Source: a virus
Taxonomy: Duplodnaviria; Caudoviricetes
IMG/VR virus record: IMGVR_UViG_3300020046_004224
DNA length: 64,000 bases
Direction: 5' to 3' (one strand)
The notes below the pieces were generated by a model. The model was not told the DNA's origin, did not search any database, and saw only the letters and a list, made by a program, of their open reading frames with translations. Shown piece after piece: positions 11,229 through 18,865 of the stretch. Every line of letters begins with the position of its first letter. The stretch's first letter is position 1. The translations under genes were made by a program, and so were the position numbers.

Positions 11229-11261
11229 TAAAACCCGTGAAGAACCTCTTCACGGGTTTTA
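11229..11261 (+). terminator. intrinsic terminator
   Basis: AAAACCCGTGAAGA-acc-TCTTCACGGGTTTT. Confidence 0.8.
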
Positions 11262-11511
11262 TTGTTCTCCGAATTATGAAATATACAAAAAGAAACCTAC
11301 ATAAGTTAATCGGTCTTTCCGTTAAGGATGCGAGAGAACAAATAAAAAAATGGTTTAATATGCCTTGTACAGTTAGAGGGTACAATCTGATTTACCCTGC
11401 TATTGCGGTGGAAGGTGTTATTCTATTCGTGGATGATGATAAGGTTCAAAATGAAGATGCACCAGTGGTTTTAGCAGGAGCAGGCGACCCCGCAAGATTA
11501 CAATAACATAT

Positions 11512-11736
11512 ATGAAAGTATCATTCGACGGTCTTAGACGACATATTGCAGAAGATTTCAATGCGCTGATAGGCGAGTTGCATTATCAAAATCCTGAACT
11601 TAAACAGGAAACCAATTGTGACAAACTTATCACAAATTTACGAGGCTCATTAGGAGCACTTATGGCTTGTTACGATTCAAACGAAGAAGATGATTTTAAT
11701 GATTTGAGTGAAGAAATTAAACTTTTAAAGCTTTAG
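11512..11736 (+). CDS. hypothetical protein
   Basis: 74-aa ORF. Confidence 0.55.
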   Translation: MKVSFDGLRRHIAEDFNALIGELHYQNPELKQETNCDKLITNLRGSLGALMACYDSNEEDDFNDLSEEIKLLKL

Positions 11737-11748
11737 CCCAAAATCCTC

Positions 11749-11777
11749 TTGACTCTTCCGATAAATGATGGTAATGT
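11749..11777 (+). promoter_or_regulatory. sigma70 promoter for the first ncRNA sub-array
   Basis: TTGACT-17nt-TAATGT with extended TG; predicted start at about 11784, the first RNA unit. Confidence 0.7.
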
Positions 11778-11785
11778 AAAGGACA

Positions 11786-11850
11786 AGATTTCGCATACAG
11801 CAACTCAATAAACATGATCTCTTAAATCAAACGTTAAAAACCGAAATCTG
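11786..11850 (+). ncRNA. ACAGCAA RNA unit 1 (Y-RNA-like; Lys anticodon-loop cargo)
   Basis: stem AGATTTCG/CGAAATCT, ACAGCAA, internal TGAT-CTCTTAA-ATCA hairpin. Confidence 0.7.
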
Positions 11851-11853
11851 ATA

Positions 11854-11971
11854 GAGTGTCCCAACAGCAAAAACAAAAAACTTTTTTTCTATTCAAAAAA
11901 CCCATCCAAGTTCGAATCTTGGAATCGTTGGCCGGATGATTGGTTGAGGGCAAAACGGCGACTGACACTCG
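11854..11971 (+). ncRNA. ACAGCAA RNA unit 2 (permuted tRNA-like)
   Basis: stem GAGTGTC/GACACTC, ACAGCAA, T arm CCAAG-TTCGAAT-CTTGG followed by a closed acceptor-like stem. Confidence 0.75.
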
Positions 11972-12099
11972 AAACAATTTTAGACGTTAGATATACTCTA
12001 TATTAGCTAATCCTTAAAGAAACATATTGGGAGTTTCAAAATACTGACGAAATAATCAGAAATATTAGAGTAGGGGTGACAAAACGGAAATCCCCAATA

Positions 12100-12228
12100 A
12101 GAATATCAACAGCATAATTAAATTATAACCCAATTCTCGGTCGGAGGTTCGAATCCTTCCAAGTATCTCAGTAGAGACTTGTAGCTCAGTGGTAGAGCAA
12201 GAACTAATAAAACCAAAATGATGTTCTG
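12100..12228 (+). ncRNA. ACAGCA RNA unit 3 (YrlA-like permuted tRNA mimic)
   Basis: stem AGAATATCA/TGATGTTCT; T arm GGAGG-TTCGAAT-CCTTC, loop-closed acceptor, then D arm TA-GCTC-AGTGGTA-GAGC. Confidence 0.85.
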
Positions 12229-12239
12229 AATAATTAAAC

Positions 12240-12404
12240 GCTCTTGTGTCTAATAACGTAGCCGTTACGTAAAATGTACAATGCATGGTATATGCAAAAC
12301 GGACACTCTGAAAGGCCGAAACAGAAATCTAGAAATATGTTACGGATAAAGGGGTTGTATATGAAAAGGATGGTAAGCTAGCTCGAACCTAGCCAAGGGC
12401 ACCA
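12240..12404 (+). ncRNA. oversized tRNA-like RNA (165 nt, CCA end)
   Basis: acceptor GCTCTTG/CAAGGGC-ACCA, T-like arm GCTAG-CTCGAAC-CTAGC, expanded interior. Confidence 0.65.
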
Positions 12405-12416
12405 ATTTTAAAAGTA

Positions 12417-12767
12417 ATGAAACCGAAGATTATAGGATACGAAAAAGATGGTAAATTCTATGGGGTTGCCACACATTTAAGAGGAGTCTATATTAGCAGC
12501 GGCGATATTAATATCTATTATGGTAATGATGTCAGACTTCTAAAAGATTTCGAATCCGCTAAACTTTTAGTTCAAGGTAAGGTTTATAGAGAAGGAACAT
12601 ATTTAAAACTGACTGAAAAAGAATTAGGATCATTTGGACGAGGCCGATTGTTTATATCAACTATTAAAAATGCTAAAGAATTCGAGATTACAAATAAATA
12701 TCCTAGTGATTCTACCGGAACAGTTGCACTGAGAGCATCATTTAAATTGACAAAGGATAGTAAGTAG
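12417..12767 (+). CDS. hypothetical protein inside the ncRNA array
   Basis: 116-aa ORF. Confidence 0.6.
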   Translation: MKPKIIGYEKDGKFYGVATHLRGVYISSGDINIYYGNDVRLLKDFESAKLLVQGKVYREGTYLKLTEKELGSFGRGRLFISTIKNAKEFEITNKYPSDSTGTVALRASFKLTKDSK

Positions 12768-12775
12768 TGTAAAGT
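12747..12775 (+). promoter_or_regulatory. sigma70 promoter for the second ncRNA sub-array
   Basis: TTGACA-17nt-TAAAGT directly before unit 4. Confidence 0.7.
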
Positions 12776-12782
12776 AAAGATA

Positions 12783-12840
12783 GAAGGACAGACAGCAAAT
12801 TAACACTTTTTATATGGTTTAAAAAACAAAGTGTCCTTCG
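12783..12840 (+). ncRNA. ACAGCAA RNA unit 4
   Basis: stem GAAGGACA/TGTCCTTC, ACAGCAA, small AU hairpin cargo. Confidence 0.7.
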
Positions 12841-12844
12841 GATA

Positions 12845-12966
12845 AGGTTCAAATCAGCAATACAATACAAAAACTCTTATTACGAACAAGCCGATCCAGT
12901 GCAATCCTGGTAATTGTGTAAGTCATCTACAAGTCCTAGTGGACAGGAAAAAGATACATGAACCTG
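12845..12966 (+). ncRNA. TCAGCAA RNA unit 5 (degenerate permuted tRNA-like)
   Basis: stem AGGTTCA/TGAACCT; CCAG-TGCAATC-CTGG T-like arm then TCCT-AGTGGAC-AGGA D-like arm. Confidence 0.7.
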
Positions 12967-12969
12967 AAA

Positions 12970-13029
12970 AAAACATTAACAGCAAAACCCAAAGGTTATC
13001 GAAGTTCAATTCTTCAAAATAATGTTTTG
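12970..13029 (+). ncRNA. ACAGCAA RNA unit 6 (mini tRNA-elbow cargo)
   Basis: stem AAAACATTA/TAATGTTTT; AACC/GGTT hairpin plus GAAG-TTCAATT-CTTC T arm. Confidence 0.65.
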
Positions 13030-13033
13030 TACA

Positions 13034-13169
13034 AAGTCATCAACCGCAATTATAACTTCTAAAGCAAAATCGCCGCCGAAAGGCTTTCGGGTTCAAGTCC
13101 CGACATAACCTTAACTGGCTGTGGTGAAATTGGTAAACACGGCGAAAAAGAAAACAAAATGGTGACTTG
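13034..13169 (+). ncRNA. ACCGCAA RNA unit 7 (permuted tRNA-Leu-like)
   Basis: stem AAGTCATCA/TGGTGACTT; TCGCC/GGCGA, V arm GCC-GAAA-GGC, T arm TCGGG-TTCAAGT-CCCGA, D arm GTG-AAATTGGTAAA-CAC. Confidence 0.85.
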
Positions 13170-13173
13170 AATA

Positions 13174-13353
13174 AAAATTCTAACAGCATATTAAATAATA
13201 AATAACGGCTCTAAGGTACTATAAGTCGGGAAACTGATCCAGGATGGTCTAATAAATGCTCGCTAAATCGAAAGACATGTGAGAAAGACGGGACAAAGGA
13301 TGGTAATCGAAAGACCCATAATCTGTAAGCCACATAAAAAAGATAGAATTTTG
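13174..13353 (+). ncRNA. ACAGCA RNA unit 8 (large multi-hairpin cargo)
   Basis: stem AAAATTCTA/TAGAATTTT, ACAGCAT, GGCT...AGCC domain with GAAA tetraloops. Confidence 0.65.
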
Positions 13354-13419
13354 AAAATATAAAATTACGTTTCACGGGATTGTCTGCCTTTGTTTTGTGT
13401 TTATATTTCATATTTGTTG

Positions 13420-13458
13420 AAAAAACCCCATAGGAGCGATTCTATGGGGTTTTTATTT
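13420..13458 (+). terminator. intrinsic terminator closing the ncRNA array
   Basis: AAAAACCCCATAGGA-gcga-TTCTATGGGGTTTTT. Confidence 0.8.
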
Positions 13459-13494
13459 GTATTGACTGTATAACAAACATTACTAAATAGCAGT

Positions 13495-13665
13495 ATGGTT
13501 ACTTCTCTTATTACTCTTTTAATTCTTGCCCTTGTTTTATGGCTTATTTATTTCGTTGTTGGGAAGTTTATCTCTGATACACCTCTTCAAATTATTGGAA
13601 TTATTTTAGGTCTTGTATTCCTTGTTAAGGCATTGGCGGCATTTGGAATATCCACAGGCTTATAA
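13495..13665 (+). CDS. small two-TM membrane protein (56 aa)
   Basis: manual translation MVTSLITLLILALVLWLIYFVVGKFISDTPLQIIGIILGLVFLVKALAAFGISTGL; below the ORF-track cutoff. Confidence 0.7.
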   Translation: MVTSLITLLILALVLWLIYFVVGKFISDTPLQIIGIILGLVFLVKALAAFGISTGL

Positions 13666-13675
13666 ATATATAATA

Positions 13676-14104
13676 ATGAAATTTGATCAATTCGTATCTT
13701 CCATAATAGAGAACCACAGAACTGTAAAGTATAGTGCATTAGTTCTCGATGATCAATCTCGTAATAAACTTCTAAATAATAAAGAGGTTATGAATAATGT
13801 GACGGATGAGCATGAAGTTATATGTCACCATATGACCATTAAAATGGGTGGACTGGTTGGAACGCCTCATGAATCACGGATCGGTGATAAAGAGGATATT
13901 ATTGCCACTCATGTCGGAAAGACTGACGATGACAATGTTATTGCTGTAAAAGTGAACGGAAGGAGTGACAACAGAACTCCACATGTGACAATTGCAGTAA
14001 ATCGTCAAAAAGGAGGAAAACCCGTTCATAGTAATACTATATCTGATTGGATATTGTTGAATAAATCAATACAACTTTCGGGCACAGTTGAAGAAATTTT
14101 TTAA
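13676..14104 (+). CDS. 2H phosphoesterase (cyclic phosphodiesterase/RNA-repair-like)
   Basis: two HxT motifs (HHMT, PHVT); TATAAATA at 13661 upstream of ATG 13676. Confidence 0.75.
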   Translation: MKFDQFVSSIIENHRTVKYSALVLDDQSRNKLLNNKEVMNNVTDEHEVICHHMTIKMGGLVGTPHESRIGDKEDIIATHVGKTDDDNVIAVKVNGRSDNRTPHVTIAVNRQKGGKPVHSNTISDWILLNKSIQLSGTVEEIF

Positions 14105-14114
14105 ATTTAAACAC

Positions 14115-14145
14115 AAAAAACTCGCCGTAAAAAGCGAGTTTTTTG
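14115..14145 (+). terminator. intrinsic terminator
   Basis: AAAAAACTCGC...GCGAGTTTTTT. Confidence 0.7.
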
Positions 14146-14219
14146 TTATTTAGATGTAGAATCGAAGGTTTCAAAAGGTTATAGTAAAAGCCTTTAGAAA
14201 CAGTAAATACCTTAACGCA

Positions 14220-15239
14220 ATGAGCAATTCTCCCGAAGATTTAAATATAAAAATTATCCCGAAGCAATCAATATTCGAAGAGCAAATATCACGAAAACCA
14301 GACCACTATCCTTGGACGCAGGATTTTATAAAAGCACTCCAAGATGGTTTCTGGACAAATAGAGAATTCAACTTTCAAAGTGATATTCAAGATTTTCGAG
14401 TTAAGCTAACTAAAGAAGAACAAGAGATAATAATCCGTGCATTAGCAACTATAGGACAGCTTGAGATATCAGTTAAGAAATTTTGGGCCAAGCTAGGAGA
14501 TAATCTACCCAAACCTTCGCTATATGATTTGGGATTTGTAATGGCTAATACCGAGGTTATTCATGGCGATGCATACGAGCGTTTATTAGAGGTCTTGGGT
14601 ATTGATGACACGTTCAATGAAATATTGAAGTTGGATATTATTAAAGGACGGGTTAATTATCTTAAAAAGCATACACATAAATTTCATAGTGACAACAAGA
14701 AACAATTTATATATTCACTTATTCTCTTCACATTATTCATTGAAAATATTGCACTGTTCTCGCAGTTCTATACCATAAACTGGTTCGGGAGATATAAGAA
14801 TGTATTAAAGGATACTAATAAACAAGTTGAATATACTTCCAGAGAAGAGGATTTACATGCAAAGATCGGAATACGAATTATCAAAGATATCCGCGAACAA
14901 CATCCCGAATTATTTGATGATGAATTGAAAGAGAAGATTCTATATGAATCCGAACAAGCTGTTAAGTATGAATGTGAAATCGTCGAATGGAGTATCAACG
15001 GATATAATGAGGAAAACTTGAGTAGTGCAGTTGTTCAAGAATTGATTAAACATCGTATGAATGATTCGTTGGTAGAGATTGGATATGATAGAATATTCGT
15101 AGTGGACGAATCATTACTAGCCAAAACAAGTTGGTTTAATGAACAACTCTATGGAAATAATATGACGGATTTTTTCCACTCACGCCCCGTAGAATATTCT
15201 AAGAATGCACAATCATTTGATGAGGAGGATTTATTTTAA
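14220..15239 (+). CDS. nrdB: ribonucleotide reductase class Ia beta subunit
   Basis: EVIHGDAY and SREEDLH di-iron motifs; DFFHSRPVEY tail. Confidence 0.95.
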   Translation: MSNSPEDLNIKIIPKQSIFEEQISRKPDHYPWTQDFIKALQDGFWTNREFNFQSDIQDFRVKLTKEEQEIIIRALATIGQLEISVKKFWAKLGDNLPKPSLYDLGFVMANTEVIHGDAYERLLEVLGIDDTFNEILKLDIIKGRVNYLKKHTHKFHSDNKKQFIYSLILFTLFIENIALFSQFYTINWFGRYKNVLKDTNKQVEYTSREEDLHAKIGIRIIKDIREQHPELFDDELKEKILYESEQAVKYECEIVEWSINGYNEENLSSAVVQELIKHRMNDSLVEIGYDRIFVVDESLLAKTSWFNEQLYGNNMTDFFHSRPVEYSKNAQSFDEEDLF

Positions 15240-15242
15240 TTT

Positions 15243-16895
15243 ATGGAAAAATATTATTGGTTGAATAGTCATAGTCGCCTCTTTCTCGAAAGAGGATACC
15301 TTACAGAGGGCGTAACCCCAGAACAACGTTATAGGCATATTGCCGAACATGCACAGAGTATATTAGGAATAGAAGGGTTTGCAGATAAGTTCGAAGACTA
15401 TCTATCTCGCGGATTCTATTCATTAGCCACTCCAATTATTACTAACTTTGGTAATAAAAGAGGATTGCCTGTCAGTTGTTTCAATAGTCATGTTTCTGAT
15501 GATACTGCGAAGATTTTTGAGAAGGTCGGAGAGGTTGGTATTATGTCAAAGATGGGCGGAGGAACGTCAGGATTCTTTGGAGATTTACGTCCTAGAGGAT
15601 CGCAGATTCAAGGTGGTGCGGGCGGAGAAACGGATGGTCCTGTGCGGTTTATGGAACTCTTCGATAAGACTGCTGATGTCATCTCACAAGGCTCTAGTCG
15701 TCGTGGATCATTCGCCGCATACCTTCCTGTAGAACATCCTGATATAGAAGAGTTTTTACAGATACGAGATGAAGGACATCCAATTCAAAATATGAGCATA
15801 GGTGTAACTATCACTGATGCATGGATGACCGAAATGACAGAAGGCGATAAGGTGAAGCGTAAATTATGGGGTAAGATAATTAAGAAGAGGTTTGAGAGTG
15901 GATACCCTTACATTTCTTTTATAGATACCATTAACAATAATGCACCACAAGTTTATAAAGATAAGGGATTGAAGATAAAGTCCCAAAACCTATGTAATGA
16001 AATTGCACTATTCTCGGATGAAAATAATTCATTCGTTTGTGTATTATCCTCATTAAATCTGCTTCATTGGGAAGAAATCATAGAGACGGATGCTATCGAA
16101 ACCTTAATATATTTTCTTGATGCTGTTAATGAAGAGTTTGTTCGTAAAACCGAAGGTATGCGATTTATGGAGGCACCTCATAATTTTGCCAAAACACATA
16201 GAGCATTAGGTATGGGTGTATTAGGATGGCATTCTTTCTTACAATCAAAGATGATTCCGTTTGAAAGTCTTATGGCTAGTTCATGGAACAATTCTATTTG
16301 GACAGTTATCAGAGAACGTGCAGACAAGGCTACCGAACATTTGGCGGAACTTCTAGGAGAGGCAGAGATTTTAAAAGGTTATGGAAGACGGAATGTGACA
16401 ACACTGGCAATTGCACCTACTACATCCTCATCATTTATTTTAGGACAAGTGTCTCCAAGTATAGAGCCAGAAAACTCAAACTATTTTGTTAAAAAACTAG
16501 CAAAGGGTTCTTTCACATATAAAAATCCGTATCTCAAAAAGGTATTGAAGGAATATGATAAAAATACGGAATCTGTTTGGGAGAGTATTCTCCTTCGTGG
16601 TGGAAGTGTTCAACACTTAGATTTCTTATCAGACAACGAACGTGATGTGTTTAAAACGTTCGACGAAACATCACAAATCGAAATAGTCAATCAGGCAGCA
16701 CAAAGACAACAAAAGATTGACCAAAGCCAATCCTTAAACCTTTCGATTCCAGCACTTACAAAACCAAAAGAATTAAGTACACTCCTTATTGATGGATGGA
16801 GAAAAGGAGTTAAGGGTTATTACTATCAACGTTCCACAAACCCATCTCAAGAACTGGCACGGAAAATAATGACTTGTGCATCATGTGAATCATAA
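15243..16895 (+). CDS. nrdA: ribonucleotide reductase class Ia alpha subunit (short, no ATP cone)
   Basis: PVSCF, NLCNEI, APTTSSS, GYYY, C-terminal CASCES. Confidence 0.95.
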   Translation: MEKYYWLNSHSRLFLERGYLTEGVTPEQRYRHIAEHAQSILGIEGFADKFEDYLSRGFYSLATPIITNFGNKRGLPVSCFNSHVSDDTAKIFEKVGEVGIMSKMGGGTSGFFGDLRPRGSQIQGGAGGETDGPVRFMELFDKTADVISQGSSRRGSFAAYLPVEHPDIEEFLQIRDEGHPIQNMSIGVTITDAWMTEMTEGDKVKRKLWGKIIKKRFESGYPYISFIDTINNNAPQVYKDKGLKIKSQNLCNEIALFSDENNSFVCVLSSLNLLHWEEIIETDAIETLIYFLDAVNEEFVRKTEGMRFMEAPHNFAKTHRALGMGVLGWHSFLQSKMIPFESLMASSWNNSIWTVIRERADKATEHLAELLGEAEILKGYGRRNVTTLAIAPTTSSSFILGQVSPSIEPENSNYFVKKLAKGSFTYKNPYLKKVLKEYDKNTESVWESILLRGGSVQHLDFLSDNERDVFKTFDETSQIEIVNQAAQRQQKIDQSQSLNLSIPALTKPKELSTLLIDGWRKGVKGYYYQRSTNPSQELARKIMTCASCES

Positions 16896-17031
16896 TATAT
16901 GAAACAAAAAGAAACTTGGGCAGAAAGGGTCTGTAGAGAGAATCGATCTATTTGTAATAAACTGACCGATAAAGAACGGGCCGAATTACTTAAAATAGCA
17001 AAATCTATTATAACTACCAAACATTAAAAAT

Positions 17032-17062
17032 AAAAGGAGTACTTGACTGTACTCCTTTTTTT
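17032..17062 (+). terminator. intrinsic terminator
   Basis: AAAAGGAGTAC...GTACTCCTTTTTT. Confidence 0.7.
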
Positions 17063-17268
17063 GTTACAATACCCTATGAGTAAAACAATCACAATTCCAG
17101 TTGTAACACGAACACAAGATAATGGCGATGGAGGTTATACGACCTATGTCTATAATAACAACGATGAACTTATTAAGGATCATCCGAAGTCGAAAAGTTA
17201 TGCTATTATCGATGGAGTACATATGAACCGTGACACATTCACAGTCAATAAAATAGAAAACAAATAAC

Positions 17269-17586
17269 ATGAAAAACAACATTCAAAAACTAATCGATTT
17301 TTTCAGTAATCCGAGTAATCGGTGCAAGGGCAGTTATGCTCGCGGAAATAAACTATGCCTTCTCGGTGCAATGGGACATTTCTTCAATACAAATCAAGAA
17401 CGTGCGCTTAGAGTATTTCTCCTTGATCGTCTCGAACTGTTTGTGGCAAATCATAATCGGAAATTCGCCAATAGTAAGGAGACAGGATATATCAATATTC
17501 AAAATCTAAATCTTGCCACATTCAATGATGAGGTAGATAACACAACTCTTTTAAATTTCCTCGGTTCTTGCCAAGCAGAAGCATAA
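17269..17586 (+). CDS. hypothetical protein
   Basis: 105 aa; CLLGA...FND motif resembling 42210-42551. Confidence 0.55.
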   Translation: MKNNIQKLIDFFSNPSNRCKGSYARGNKLCLLGAMGHFFNTNQERALRVFLLDRLELFVANHNRKFANSKETGYINIQNLNLATFNDEVDNTTLLNFLGSCQAEA

Positions 17587-17741
17587 AGGTCGAAACTTTC
17601 CGCGATAAAGATGGTAAATTCTTTGTCGGACTTGAAGGCGAACACGAATCCTATATGAATACAGTCTTTGAAAATGGAGTAATCACCAAAGAATACACTT
17701 TCCAAGAGGTTCGTGATAATGCAGCATCTTTCCTAAAATAA
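17586..17741 (+). pseudogene. C-terminal remnant of nicotinamide phosphoribosyltransferase (NadV-like)
   Basis: frame lacking a plausible 5' part reads ...YMNTVFENGVITKEYTFQEVRDNA, the typical NAMPT C-terminus. Confidence 0.55.
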
Positions 17742-17744
17742 TCT

Positions 17745-18392
17745 ATGATTAAATACCTAAAAAACCAATGGATGTGGTTCAAGATTGATAATGCACCGAT
17801 ACTCGGTGATGATAAAGGCAATGCGTTTTTCATTAAACGTGTTCAAAAGGCTAATCCCGAATGGAGCACCGTCAAAATCAATCTTTTGATTGAAGAGTAT
17901 AAACAATTCATGTACCTTGCTGGGACATCTGATGAAGATTGTACTCCTTCCCAAGATGTTGACAAAGTTTGGCATGAACATATTCTATTCACAAAAGATT
18001 ATTACGATTATTGTAATAACATCATCGGAAAGATCATTCACCATAAACCAGAACGTGAAAACGACGATTCGAAAAAATATGAGAAAGCTTTTGAAAAGAC
18101 AAATGCTAAAAAGAAGGCAGCGTTCAAACCCGCTCCTTCACCTAAGCCAAGTGTGGTTTCTCCGTCTATTGTTCAACCAGCGGACACGTCATTGACTGAT
18201 ATGTTGCTAATGCAAACTATTCTCAATAATAATGATACTCCTCCTGTATCACATGAGCCATGTCACGATTCATCACCATCTCATGCATCTTGTAGTAGTC
18301 ATTCAGAATCATCACATTCGTCTTGTAGCAGTTCATCATGTTCGTCTTCATCTTGTAGCAGTTCATCCTGTGGAGGAGGCGGCGGAGATTAA
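17745..18392 (+). CDS. glycine-rich-domain protein (DUF1399-like) with Cys/Ser/Gly tail
   Basis: EYKQFMYL, PSQDVDKVWHEHIL, IHHKP; tail (SCSSS)n-CGGGGG. Confidence 0.7.
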   Translation: MIKYLKNQWMWFKIDNAPILGDDKGNAFFIKRVQKANPEWSTVKINLLIEEYKQFMYLAGTSDEDCTPSQDVDKVWHEHILFTKDYYDYCNNIIGKIIHHKPERENDDSKKYEKAFEKTNAKKKAAFKPAPSPKPSVVSPSIVQPADTSLTDMLLMQTILNNNDTPPVSHEPCHDSSPSHASCSSHSESSHSSCSSSSCSSSSCSSSSCGGGGGD

Positions 18393-18394
18393 TT

Positions 18395-18865
18395 ATGATT
18401 AAGATAAAATGCCCCGATCATTATAAGAATTATTATACAGAGGATGATTTTTTGTCTCGGAATACTCTATTCCTCGCAGGTTCTATCTCAAATGCCGCCG
18501 ATTGGCAGACTTATACAGAAGAACGTCTTTCTAAATGTTTACACACAGTCAATCCAAGGAGAGATAATTTTGATAAATCCGATCCGTCGATGGAGCGAGA
18601 ACAGATTACATGGGAATATGAACATTTAGAATATTCTGGTATATTGCCGTTTTATTTCAGTCATGAGACGGTGGCACCTATTACATTATTTGAATATGGG
18701 TGCTATCTCGAAACAGATAAAGAAATCTATGTTGCAATTCATCCAGATTACCCACGAAAAAATGATGTAATTATTCAAACAGAATTACGTCACCCCTTCT
18801 TAGCAAAGAAAATACGGTTTGATTTAGATGATTCAATCAACGATATTCTAAAAGATTATGAGTGA
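18395..18865 (+). CDS. nucleoside 2-deoxyribosyltransferase-like protein
   Basis: FLAGSI, WQ, NPRR, QITWE, PITLFEYG. Confidence 0.8.
   Translation: MIKIKCPDHYKNYYTEDDFLSRNTLFLAGSISNAADWQTYTEERLSKCLHTVNPRRDNFDKSDPSMEREQITWEYEHLEYSGILPFYFSHETVAPITLFEYGCYLETDKEIYVAIHPDYPRKNDVIIQTELRHPFLAKKIRFDLDDSINDILKDYE

Noticed and set aside
12017-12065. Hammerhead ribozyme (CTGACGA and GAAA present)
   Set aside because: No stem II can form between CUGANGA and GAAA; CTGA pairs with TCAG instead
12240-12404. tmRNA
   Set aside because: No G3:U70 alanine acceptor, too short, and no tag reading frame seen
11786-13353. CRISPR array or simple tandem repeat
   Set aside because: The units share only a 6-7 nt motif and a structure, have variable lengths, and no cas genes are present
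12065-13411. Minus-strand ORFs 12065-12286 and 13211-13411
   Set aside because: They are shadow ORFs antisense to the structured RNA array
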